Source of the DNA: an uncultured Chloroflexia bacterium
GTDB taxonomy: Bacteria > Chloroflexota > Limnocylindria > Limnocylindrales > CSP1-4
Assembly (NCBI GenBank): GCA_963768655.1
Contig: CAVYIM010000009.1
Location: forward strand, 1 to 64,000
DNA: 64,000 bases
Direction of reading: 5' to 3'
Of this stretch, positions 31,578-41,008 are shown piece after piece. The notes under the pieces were generated by a model. That model saw only the letters and a list, made by a program, of their open reading frames with translations, was not told the DNA's origin and made no database searches. Each line of letters opens with the position of its first letter. Position 1 is the stretch's first letter. The position numbers and the translations under genes are program-made.

Positions 31578-33066
31578 GAGGTTGTCCCGAGTTCCGTGGA
31601 ATTTGAGTTGAGGGGAGGGTCCTCCAGCCCGGAGCGTGAGCTGTCACGCTACGGGAGACCCGGAAAGTCGAACTGGAGGAACCCATGCCATCGTCCCACG
31701 TCCGGCCCCGCCCTGAGAAGCGATGCCGCCGACCTCGCCGTCTCGTTCACCAGCTTCCTGCTGAGCTGACAGGGCGGCTCGAGGGCCATCTCGCCACGTT
31801 CGCGAGCCACCTGCGCGAGGGCCTGCTGGCCGCTTCGACCGCGGTCGGCCTCGAGGTCCTCGACGAGCTGATGGCGGCTGAGGTTGACGGCCTGGCCGGC
31901 CCACGCGGCCGCCACCGAGCGGATCGAGTTGCCTATCGCCATGGCAGTGAAGCCGGAACCGTGACCCTGGGCGGCCGCCGACTCCGCGTCGAGCGGCCAC
32001 GTGTGCGAAGTGCCGATGGAGCAGCCGAGCTGCCGCTCGCGACCTACGAGGCCGCGAGAGCCAGCGATCTGCTCGCCGACGGGATCGTCGCCCGGATGCT
32101 CGCGGGGCTCTCGACTCGCGACTATCCGGTTGGCCTCGAGCCTGTTGGCGAGGCCATCGAGGAGGCCGCCGTCTCGACCAGCCACGCCGCCGTCAGCCGC
32201 CGCTTCCTCGCCGCCACGGCAGAGCGCCTGGCTGAGCTGCTCGGGCGCAGACTCGACGACCGCCGCTACCTCGTGCTCATGCTCGATGGCTTTCGCCTGG
32301 GCGATCACCTGCTCGTAGGCGCGCTCGGGATCGACGCCGCCGGCCACAAGGTGCCCCTCGGCGTGGTCGAGGGCACGACCGAGAACAGCGCGGTGGTCAA
32401 CGCGCTCCTGGCGGACTTGCGCGATCGCGGTCTGGACACAAGCGCAGGCGTCCTCTTCGTCGTCGACGGCGGCTCCGCCATCGGTTCGGCCATCCGCACC
32501 TTCTTGGGCAAAGGCGTGGCGATCCATCGCTGCCATCGCCACAAAGAGCGCAACGTTCTAGAGCACCTGCCCGAGATCGAACGACCGCTCGCCCAGCGCC
32601 GGCTTCGGGCCGCCTGGGCCGAGCGAGATCCGGACAGGGCGAAGGCGGCCCTCCACTCCCTGGCCCGCAGTCTGGCCCACAGCCGTCCGGGAGCCGCCGC
32701 GTCGCTGCGCGAGGGGCTCGACGACACGCTCACCCTGACGCGTCTGGGCATCAGCGGCTCGCTCTGGAGGACGCTCGAGTCGACCAACCCGATGGAATTG
32801 ATGATCGAGATCGTCAAGACGCACGCCCGCCGGGTGAAGAACTGGGAGTCGGGCGAGATGGCGCTGCGCTGGGCCGCCGCTGGGATGCTCGCCGCAGAGG
32901 CTCAGTTCCGCCGAGTCTGTGGCTATCGGGAGCTGCCCATTCTTGCCGCTGCGCTGAAGCGCGAGCTCCACATCGAAAGCGAGGCGAGCGCTACCAACCA
33001 ACCGATATGATCAGCAACCTGGAGACCCGACCCTCACTGAAATTCCACGACGAGCGGGACATCCTC
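31578..33066 (+). mobile_element. IS256-family insertion sequence, copy 2 (1489 bp)
   Basis: Near-identical to copy 1, inverted; 8-bp target duplication TGCTACGT at 31570-31577 and 33067-33074. Confidence 0.95.
31685..33010 (+). CDS. IS256-family transposase
   Basis: 441 aa; differs from copy 1 at two visible residues (P/R, S/L); GGAGG RBS. Confidence 0.93.
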   Translation: MPSSHVRPRPEKRCRRPRRLVHQLPAELTGRLEGHLATFASHLREGLLAASTAVGLEVLDELMAAEVDGLAGPRGRHRADRVAYRHGSEAGTVTLGGRRLRVERPRVRSADGAAELPLATYEAARASDLLADGIVARMLAGLSTRDYPVGLEPVGEAIEEAAVSTSHAAVSRRFLAATAERLAELLGRRLDDRRYLVLMLDGFRLGDHLLVGALGIDAAGHKVPLGVVEGTTENSAVVNALLADLRDRGLDTSAGVLFVVDGGSAIGSAIRTFLGKGVAIHRCHRHKERNVLEHLPEIERPLAQRRLRAAWAERDPDRAKAALHSLARSLAHSRPGAAASLREGLDDTLTLTRLGISGSLWRTLESTNPMELMIEIVKTHARRVKNWESGEMALRWAAAGMLAAEAQFRRVCGYRELPILAAALKRELHIESEASATNQPI

Positions 33067-33445
33067 TGCTACGTGGTCGGGGATGCAGTCTGGGACCTGC
33101 TCGCGGCCCGCCGCGCCGGGATGTTGAGCGTCGGTCTGCTGAGTGGCGGCTACGGCCAGGACGAGCTGATCCAGGCCGGGGCATTCCGCGTCTATCGGGA
33201 CCCGCAGGACCTGTTCGAGTCGCTCGACGAGCTGGGGGTCACGCTGCCCGGTTGAGGCAGACGAGCGCGGCTGATTCACTCGAACCTCGGAGCGGTTCTT
33301 CGATGTACCGCCGGTAGCCTGTTCGCGGCTGGCGACGGTGGGGGGTCGCCGATCGTGCCCATCCGTGCCGCGATCGTCTGGCGTGCCGACGCCATCGCTC
33401 GATCATAGGGCGCCACGATCGTACGCCCGCCGGTAGAGTAGGGCG

Positions 33446-34096
33446 ATGACCGCATCGCCCCATGCCTTCGTACTGCGCCACACCCACCTGGGTCCTGTGC
33501 TGGGTCTCGAAGAGATCCGACTCCACCTGGCCGACGAGGTGCTGCCGTTGTGGCACGCCCTCCAGATCGAGACCGATGATCTCGACACCGCGCTCCCGTA
33601 CTGGGCCTTCGCGTGGGCGGGCGGGCTGGCGATAGGCCAGTACCTGCGTGAGAACCCGGACGTCGTGGCGGGTCGGCGGGTATTCGATCTCGCGTCCGGC
33701 TCCGGGCTGTGCGCGATCGCAGCGCTGCGCGCCGGCGCGGCCGAGTCGACCGGGGCCGACATCGACGCCTTCGCCGCTGCAGCGATCGACATCAATGCCC
33801 GCGCCAATGGCCGTCGGGTGACCATCGTGCATCGCGATGTCCTCGATGAGGAGCCGCCCGCCGTCGACGTCATCCTTGCCGGCGACTGCTTCTATGACGT
33901 CAACCTTGCCGGTCGGGTCCTGCCGTGGCTCCGGAGAGCTCGCGACCGTGGTATCGAGGTCCTGGTCGGCGACCCCGGTCGTCGCTACTTGCCCCACGAC
34001 GAACTGGTCGAACTCGCCTCGTACGACGTCCGCTCGACGACGCAACTGGAGGACCTGGAGCTCAAGCAGGGCCGCGTCTACGCCTTGCGGCGCTAG
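33446..34096 (+). CDS. Class I SAM-dependent methyltransferase (ETF-beta lysine methyltransferase/METTL20-like)
   Basis: PYWAFAWAGG, DLASGSGL, LAGDCFY, GDPGR. Confidence 0.88.
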   Translation: MTASPHAFVLRHTHLGPVLGLEEIRLHLADEVLPLWHALQIETDDLDTALPYWAFAWAGGLAIGQYLRENPDVVAGRRVFDLASGSGLCAIAALRAGAAESTGADIDAFAAAAIDINARANGRRVTIVHRDVLDEEPPAVDVILAGDCFYDVNLAGRVLPWLRRARDRGIEVLVGDPGRRYLPHDELVELASYDVRSTTQLEDLELKQGRVYALRR

Positions 34097-34260
34097 CCTC
34101 GCGCCAGCCCCCTATCTTGTTCCCCGCGATGGCCCCTTCGTCGCTCATCTCGCCTGTACGCTGCGAAAGCCGCACTTACTCGCGGACATCGGGGGATGTT
34201 CCAAACGCGAGACGGCCCTTGGGGGGCCGTCTCGTCGCGATTTCAGAGAGGGTGAATGGG

Positions 34261-35937
34261 CTAGGGGGCGACTGCGATAGCGGTGGCACCCGCCAGCGTG
34301 GCGCTGTAGTTCGGGGCAGCACCGGACTTGTAGTAGCCCGAACTGATTAGCCGGACGTGCGTCGCGTCGATGGTCGTGTCAGCAGTAAACGCCTCAACGC
34401 GGTAGCTGCCGGCAGCAAGACCTTCTAGCGTGTACGCCCCGGTGCTCGACGTGCTCGAGTATGCGAAGAAGGATCCGGCCACGCTGTTCGCATCGACCGA
34501 GCAGCCACTGCACGCAGCGCCCCCGGTGATCTTCACCGTGCCGGAGATCGAGGCGCCCTTCGGGAGGCGCATGTTGATCCCGGTCTTGTCGCCGGTGACG
34601 ACGATCGAGAGCGCGGAAGACGATACGGAGGTGAAGTCGTTGGGCGGACTGTTGAGGTACCAACCCGCCTGCAGAGTGGGATCGGAAGAGAAGACCGGGT
34701 ACGCCTCGATCGTGTACGTGTTGTTGAGCGGGAGCGGCCCAATGGAGTAGTTGCCGGAGGCGTCGGTGAAGGCGCTCGGATCCGCGACGGCCGTGCCTGT
34801 CCCGCCCGAGGCCTGGACCTCGACGAAGTCGAGGGCCGTGCCGGAGGTGTTAGTGATCTTGCCCTTGATGAAGTAGCCGGTAGGCGGCTCGATGGTCGCC
34901 AAAGTCGTGACCGGCGTGGATATGGTCACAGACGACTCGCTCGCGGTCAGCCTGGCCCAGTAGTAGGGCCCGGTGGCGGAGTAGTAACCGTCAGGCACGC
35001 GCGAACCGTACGGACCGTCCACCTCGACCGTGTACTTGCCGGGGTTCAGGCCGCTGATCGTGTACTTGCCCGTGGCGTCGGTGACGGCCGTTTCGCTCAG
35101 GGAAGATCCCATCGCCCACACGGTTGCGCCGACGATCGGCGCCGGTGTCCCGGCCCTCGTCTTGACGTAGCCCGTGATCTTGAGGCTGTTCCAGATCTTG
35201 GGGCTGATGCCGGCCACGTTCGCCGAGGTGATGACCACGGCCGTGTGCGCGGAGCAGTTGGCGGCGAACTTGGCCGCCACTCCCGTGTACCAGCAACCGG
35301 TCTGGTTGTCGGCCACGGCATCGTGTCCGAAGACGACCTCATAGGATCCGGGCGAGAGGCCCATGAGTGTGTAGTTGCCGGCAGAGTTCGTCGTCGTGGA
35401 GTCGCCGCCGTTCGTGCCTTCGGCACCGACAATGACGTTCGCGATGGCGGTCGTGCCGTTCGAACGAGTGACCTTGCCCGAGATCTTGTAGCCGGCTGGC
35501 AGCCAGATGTTCTGACCGGTAGACGAGGCTGTCGTGATCGTGACGACGGCCGTCCTGGATACGCTGAAGTACGTTGGCCCGGTGGCGTTACGGAAGCCAT
35601 GCTGCAGATTGGTGGCCCGCGGCGGGTCGAAGTAAATCGAGTAGGTGGCGGGCAGAAGGTGGCTGATCGTGTAGACGCCACTTGCGTTCGTGACTGCCGC
35701 ACCCGAGGCGAACGAGCCGGAGATGGTCGTGCTCGACGCGTAGACTTCGACGCTCGGCACGGGGAGCCCCGTCGCCTTGGCGCGGACGGTGCCCGAGATC
35801 GAGTAGGTGGTCTTGGTCACGGCGGGCAACGTGAAGTTCTTGCCCGTGGCGCTGGCCGCGGCTGCCGGCGGCGCCGCAACCAGCAGGCCGGCGACGACGA
35901 GCAACAGGGCTCCGAAGACCCGATACAGCTTCAACAT
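34261..35937 (-). CDS. Secreted protein with five carboxypeptidase-regulatory-like (transthyretin-fold) repeats
   Basis: Signal peptide MLKLYRVFGALLLVVAG..AAA; repeats ISG.V..T...G.YTI.GL.PG.Y.V. Confidence 0.85.
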   Translation of the reverse strand: MLKLYRVFGALLLVVAGLLVAAPPAAAASATGKNFTLPAVTKTTYSISGTVRAKATGLPVPSVEVYASSTTISGSFASGAAVTNASGVYTISHLLPATYSIYFDPPRATNLQHGFRNATGPTYFSVSRTAVVTITTASSTGQNIWLPAGYKISGKVTRSNGTTAIANVIVGAEGTNGGDSTTTNSAGNYTLMGLSPGSYEVVFGHDAVADNQTGCWYTGVAAKFAANCSAHTAVVITSANVAGISPKIWNSLKITGYVKTRAGTPAPIVGATVWAMGSSLSETAVTDATGKYTISGLNPGKYTVEVDGPYGSRVPDGYYSATGPYYWARLTASESSVTISTPVTTLATIEPPTGYFIKGKITNTSGTALDFVEVQASGGTGTAVADPSAFTDASGNYSIGPLPLNNTYTIEAYPVFSSDPTLQAGWYLNSPPNDFTSVSSSALSIVVTGDKTGINMRLPKGASISGTVKITGGAACSGCSVDANSVAGSFFAYSSTSSTGAYTLEGLAAGSYRVEAFTADTTIDATHVRLISSGYYKSGAAPNYSATLAGATAIAVAP

Positions 35938-36315
35938 CGGCACATACCCCGAGCGGACTGGCGTCAGACTCTCCCTGACCTGGAGTTCCAGATCTAACAC
36001 CAAGTTGGTACACAATAGGGGGGAAGCAGACGGGGAGTCGTGGGATCGGGCAAAGTCCCATGGAATGAGCCATGAGCTTCGTCCGGGAGTCCGGTCTGTC
36101 GCGTCGCACGAGCGGCCGCGGGCGAGGTCGTGATTGCGCGGGGCGATTGGCGTCATTGCTCAAGCCAGCGGCTCAGGCAAGGGCGCCTGTCCAGCCGACC
36201 CTTCCCGCCCGCAAGATGCCCAGGCGGCAGGTAGGCGCGGAGACGTGGGCCCGGTGAACCCGCCCCGAGGGGCCCAACCGCCTGCTCCGAAATGGTGTGG
36301 TAGAGTCGGAACGAT

Positions 36316-37713
36316 TTGGATACGAACGCGCCGACCGCGAGAAGCCGCAGGCGATCGCCATCCCTCGCCGCTCTCCTCTCGTTCTTGTGGCCCGGCCTTG
36401 GACAGCTCTACATCCGGAATCGCCGCGCTGCGGTGGTCTTCGCGATACCTCCCGTCCTGGTGCTGCTTCTCCTGGCCTATGCGCTGAGGCGTGGGGAGAT
36501 CGTCCTGGCGGCGCAGCTCTTCGCCGACCGGACCGTCGGGCTGGTCACTGTCGCGATCGTGCTGCTGGTCGGTGCGTGGCGGCTCGTGGCCGTCGTGCAC
36601 GCCTTTGTGGGCGGCCAACATCTCAAGACACGGCGCATCCTCGACCGGGCGGTGCTGGTCGCGCTGGCAGCAGTCATCGTCATCAGCCACCTTGGCGGCG
36701 GCTACTACCTGCTGACATACTCGAACGCCGGGGCGCAGGTCTTCAGCTCCCCCGGCGACAACCCTCTGCTCGACGAGGCCACTCCGGGACCGACTCTGGC
36801 TCCAGGCCAGACGCCGACGCCTGAGGTCACAGACGAGCCGCTGCCGACGGCACCGCCGGGCAGCCGTGTCACGATCCTCTTCACGGGCGTGGACGCCGCC
36901 CCGACGCGGAGCGAGCATCTCTACGACTCGATCATGGTCGTGAGCTACGACCCGAACAGCAACTCGGTCCAGATGATCAGCGTGCCGCGAGACAGCGCCA
37001 GCTTCCCGTTCTACTTCGGCGGCGTGGACTCGGCTGTGACGAAAATCAACTCGATTCCAACGTACGTCAGGAACGGTTGGATCAAGTCGCCCGATAGCCC
37101 GTACATGACTCTCGTCAAGGAAGTGAGCTTCCTCGTCGGCATCCCGATCAACTACTACGCGGTCATGGATCTCAATTCGTTCGTGAACATGATCAACAAG
37201 GTCGGCGGGATCGACATCGTCAACCCGAGCGCGATCAATGACCCTTCCTATGACTGGCTCGACGGCAAGACGCACGGTTTCTACCTGTCCGCAGGTCCGC
37301 ACCACCTGGACGGCAAAAACGCCCTGGCCTACGTCAGATCCCGTCACGGCGCCGACAACAGCGACTACAAGAGGGCCTCGCGCCAGCAGCAGGTGCTGAT
37401 CGCCCTGTTGCACAAGATGGCCGAGCCCGACCAGCTGTTGAAGCTGCCGGACCTCATCACGACGCTCGGATCCAGCATTGCCACCGACTTCCCGGCCGGC
37501 CAGGTGGCCGACTACGTGGCCGACGCTCAGAACGTCCCGAGCGGTAACTTCCAGCAGGTTGTGCTGGGGCCGCCGTACTCCGCCACCGGCATCAGCAGCG
37601 TGACCTCGTCCACCTGTCTGATCAACGCGAAGGTCGCCGCGCTGTCGGTCCAGTGGTTCGGTACGGACAGCACCTGGTACGGGAAACCCGCGCCCGCCAA
37701 TACCTGCCCGTAG
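36316..37713 (+). CDS. LCP family protein (paralog of 27620-29404)
   Basis: TILFTGVD, DSIMVVS, ISVPRD, ALAYVRSR, DYKRASRQQ. Confidence 0.92.
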   Translation: MDTNAPTARSRRRSPSLAALLSFLWPGLGQLYIRNRRAAVVFAIPPVLVLLLLAYALRRGEIVLAAQLFADRTVGLVTVAIVLLVGAWRLVAVVHAFVGGQHLKTRRILDRAVLVALAAVIVISHLGGGYYLLTYSNAGAQVFSSPGDNPLLDEATPGPTLAPGQTPTPEVTDEPLPTAPPGSRVTILFTGVDAAPTRSEHLYDSIMVVSYDPNSNSVQMISVPRDSASFPFYFGGVDSAVTKINSIPTYVRNGWIKSPDSPYMTLVKEVSFLVGIPINYYAVMDLNSFVNMINKVGGIDIVNPSAINDPSYDWLDGKTHGFYLSAGPHHLDGKNALAYVRSRHGADNSDYKRASRQQQVLIALLHKMAEPDQLLKLPDLITTLGSSIATDFPAGQVADYVADAQNVPSGNFQQVVLGPPYSATGISSVTSSTCLINAKVAALSVQWFGTDSTWYGKPAPANTCP

Positions 37714-38080
37714 TCGCCTACGGGGCGGAGCCGGCGCGCCTCCGGACTGGCATGATCGGCCCCCGGTCGGGGCTGGAGAACCCCCGCCGTAGCCGCACCC
37801 GTCGAGCGCCGGTCGGCGTTCCCGGTTCGGGCGAGGGGCTCGCGGAGAGCTGTTTGATCGTCGCTGACGCGTCGGCGGCGCTGACAGCAGTGCAGAAACA
37901 AGGTGCGTCGGCTGCGCCCGCCGGCGCGTATGATGCAGCCGCTCGTCCATCGGGTAGCAGGCCATCCGGACGAGCAACGGGGGCTCAACATATGGCGTGC
38001 GCCGCCGGTCGGTTTGGGGATCCGTAGCAGGTCCGCGGGCGGAACCTGGATCTGCCCGACAACCGAGAGGAGTGGGTTCG

Positions 38081-40837
38081 GTGAAGTCACTCGCCGTGGC
38101 TGCGGTTCACTCTCAGGTGGGCTCAGAGACCTCGGGGCGGCCGTTGGATCGGCTGCGGGGCATCGTCCCGGTCGCGCTCCTGCTGTCCGGGCTCTTCGCC
38201 GTCTGGACAGGGCCGCTGGCCGCGCCGGCGAAGGCGACCGCGCCGGCAGGCCCGGTCGTCGCGTGGGGCGATAACAGCGACGGCCAGGCCACGGTCCCGA
38301 CCGGCCTTACCGGCGTCTCGGCCATCGCCGCCGGTCAGTTCTACAGCCTCGCGCTGCGGTCTGACGGCACGGTGGTCGGCTGGGGCGACGACACGTACTA
38401 CCAGACCGCCATTCCGGCGGGCCTTTCGGGCGTGACCGCGATCGCGGCCGGCATCGACTTCAGCCTCGCCCTCGAGTCAAACGGCACGGTCGTTGGCTGG
38501 GGCGACGACTACGGCGCGACCAATATCCCGAGCGGCCTCTCCGGCGTGACCGCGATCTCGGCCGGCGGCTACCACGCCCTGGCCCTCAAGTCGAACGGAA
38601 CGGTCGTGGCCTGGGGCAACACCACCTTCGGCCAGACCACAGTCCCGACCGGCCTCTCGGGCGTGACTGCGATTGCCGCCGGGAAGTACGACAGCCTGGC
38701 CCTCAAGTCGAATGGAACGGTCGTGGCCTGGGGCAACAACGACTACGGCCAGACCACCGTCCCGACCGCCCTGACGAACTCCAGCACCGCGCACATTACC
38801 GCGATCGCCGCCGGCGGCTGCCACAGCCTCGCCCTCGAATCGGACGGCACGGTCGTCGCCTGGGGCGACGACTCCCGCCACCAGGTCGACGTCCCGGCCG
38901 GCCTCTCGGGCGTCATCGCGATCGCCGCCGGGTTCGACTACAGCGTCGCCCTCAAGTCGAACGGCACGGTCGTGGTCTGGGGGGACGACGAGGGCTACGG
39001 CTTCACGACCATCCCGAGCGGGCTGTCCGGCGTCACCGCGATCGCCGCCGGCTACTACCACATCCTCGCCCTGCTGGCCCCGGTCCCCAGCCCGGTCGCA
39101 TGGGGCCGGAACACCAGCGGCCAGACCACCGTCCCGACGGGCCTGACCGGCGTCAAAGCGCTCACCGCGGACTTCGCCGATAGCCTCGCGCTCAAGTCGA
39201 ACGGCGCCGTGATCGACTGGGGATACAGCGGTTATAGCCTAACTGTCATCCCGGCGGGAGCCCAGTCTGCCGTCAAGGCTGTTGCTGCCGGCTGGTATCA
39301 CAACCTCGCCCTCAGGTCGGACGGATCCGTGGTGGGCTGGGGCTACGACGAAGACGGCGAGACGGACGTCCCCACGGCTGCCCAATCGGATGTCATCGCG
39401 ATCGCGGCAGGCGAGGATCACAGCCTCGCCCTGAAGTCGAACGGCACCGTCGTGGCCTGGGGCGACGACAGCGACGGCGAGACCGACGTCCCGGCCGGCC
39501 TGTCGGGCGTCGTCGCGATCGCCGCAGGAGCCGGCTTCAGCCTCGCCCTGAAGGCGAACGGATCCGTCGTGGCCTGGGGCAATGACGACGAGGGCGAGAC
39601 CGACGTCCCGGCCGGCCTGTCTGGCGTCATGGCAATCGCTACCGGGTACGAGCACAGCCTCGCCCTGAAGTCGGACGGCACCGTCGTGGGCTGGGGTTGG
39701 GACGGCGAAGGCGAGACCAACATTCCGGCCGGTCTGTCGGGCGTCATGGCAATCGCCACCGGGTACGAGCACAGCCTCGCACTGAAGTCGGACGGCACGC
39801 TCGTCGCCTGGGGAGACAATGGCGACGGCCAGATCACGATCCCGCCCGGGTTGTCGAGCGTCACCGCCATCGCCGCCGGCGCCTACCACAACCTCGCCCT
39901 GGAGCCCGAGGCCAGCACGACACACCTGTCCGTCTCGGGCATCGTGAGCCCCTACGTCGCAGGTAGCAAGCACAGCGTCACGGTCACCGCCCGCGACGCT
40001 TCCGGCAACGTCGCCACCGGATACAGGGGCACGGTCCACTTCACCAGCACCGACGCCAAGGCGGTCCTGCCCGCGAACTACACCTTCACGGCAGCCGACG
40101 GGGGCGTCCACAAGTTCAGCCTGGCGCTCACGCTCAAGACCGCCGGCAGCCAGGCCGTCCGGGCCCGCGACACGGTCACGAGCACCATCACCGGTTCGAA
40201 GAGTGGCATCGTCGTCACTCCCGCCGCGGCCGCGACGCTGGCGGTGTCGGGCATCGTGAACCCGTACGTCGCGGGTGCCTCCCACAGCGTCACGGTCACG
40301 GCTAAGGACGCCTACGGCAACGTCGCCACGGGGTATCGCGGCACGATCCATTTCACGACTAGCGATACCAAGTCGACTCTGCCTGCCGACTACACCTTTA
40401 CCGCCGCCGACGGGGGCGTCCACAAGTTCAGCCTGGCGCTCGTTCTGAAGACCGCCGGCAGCCAGTGGGTCCGCGCTACCGACACAACCACTGCGTCCAT
40501 TACCGGGGCCAAGACCGTGACCGTCACTCCGGCCGCGGCCACTCACCTCTCCGTCGGCACCTTCAACCCCTTCCCGTCAGGTAGCACCCACAGCGTCACG
40601 GTCAAGGCTCTCGACGCCTACGGCAACGTCGCCACCGGCTATCGCGGCACCATCCACTTCACCAGCTCCGATCCCAAGGCGACACTGCCCGCCGACTACA
40701 CCTTCACCGCCGCCGACGCAGGTATCCATACGTTCTCGCTCGCTCTGGTCCTAAAGACTCTTGGCAGCCAGTGGGTCCGTGCCACGGACAAGACGACCGC
40801 GTCCATCACCGGGTCTCAGACAGTCACGGTCAGCTGA
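38081..40837 (+). CDS. Secreted RCC1-repeat protein (14 blades, two beta-propellers) with three C-terminal Ig-like repeats
   Basis: GAGGAG RBS; repeats VVAWG..AIAAG..HSLALKSDGT x14; ~100-aa repeats DAYGNVATGYRGTIHFTS..LPADYTF x3. Confidence 0.9.
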   Translation: MKSLAVAAVHSQVGSETSGRPLDRLRGIVPVALLLSGLFAVWTGPLAAPAKATAPAGPVVAWGDNSDGQATVPTGLTGVSAIAAGQFYSLALRSDGTVVGWGDDTYYQTAIPAGLSGVTAIAAGIDFSLALESNGTVVGWGDDYGATNIPSGLSGVTAISAGGYHALALKSNGTVVAWGNTTFGQTTVPTGLSGVTAIAAGKYDSLALKSNGTVVAWGNNDYGQTTVPTALTNSSTAHITAIAAGGCHSLALESDGTVVAWGDDSRHQVDVPAGLSGVIAIAAGFDYSVALKSNGTVVVWGDDEGYGFTTIPSGLSGVTAIAAGYYHILALLAPVPSPVAWGRNTSGQTTVPTGLTGVKALTADFADSLALKSNGAVIDWGYSGYSLTVIPAGAQSAVKAVAAGWYHNLALRSDGSVVGWGYDEDGETDVPTAAQSDVIAIAAGEDHSLALKSNGTVVAWGDDSDGETDVPAGLSGVVAIAAGAGFSLALKANGSVVAWGNDDEGETDVPAGLSGVMAIATGYEHSLALKSDGTVVGWGWDGEGETNIPAGLSGVMAIATGYEHSLALKSDGTLVAWGDNGDGQITIPPGLSSVTAIAAGAYHNLALEPEASTTHLSVSGIVSPYVAGSKHSVTVTARDASGNVATGYRGTVHFTSTDAKAVLPANYTFTAADGGVHKFSLALTLKTAGSQAVRARDTVTSTITGSKSGIVVTPAAAATLAVSGIVNPYVAGASHSVTVTAKDAYGNVATGYRGTIHFTTSDTKSTLPADYTFTAADGGVHKFSLALVLKTAGSQWVRATDTTTASITGAKTVTVTPAAATHLSVGTFNPFPSGSTHSVTVKALDAYGNVATGYRGTIHFTSSDPKATLPADYTFTAADAGIHTFSLALVLKTLGSQWVRATDKTTASITGSQTVTVS

Positions 40838-41008
40838 GCCGGCGGCGGGGCGGCCCTGGAACAATATGGTGGGGCGCTCCGGACACCGTCTGTGCCGAGC
40901 GTCCGAAGCCGGCGCAAGACCATTGGCCGGGCGGGGCTCGGCGGGCGCCAGGGACGCCGGTGCGGCGAGACGTCGTACCCTAGCGGCAACCGCAGGAGGT
41001 CCCTGAAG

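Larger units (their letters stand above)
31090..33255 (+). pseudogene. HAD-family hydrolase interrupted by IS256 copy 2
   Basis: FDLDGTLVD..ATS..KPEPD..EDCYV | VGDAVWDLLAARRAGM; removing the IS and one target duplication rejoins the frame. Confidence 0.93.

Noticed and set aside
25910-33066. Composite transposon, or inversion, formed by the two inverted IS256 copies
   Set aside because: Each copy has its own intact, different target duplication and copy 2 splits a gene whose halves remain collinear, so these are independent insertions; future composite movement remains possible
35940-36130. c-di-GMP riboswitch upstream of the secreted repeat protein
   Set aside because: Stems are possible, but the GCAAA-like word is on the wrong strand and the conserved core cannot be matched
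39590-39830. Near-identical RCC1 blades as a DGR template/variable repeat pair
   Set aside because: Both lie in frame in one gene, differences are not adenine-specific, and there is no reverse transcriptase
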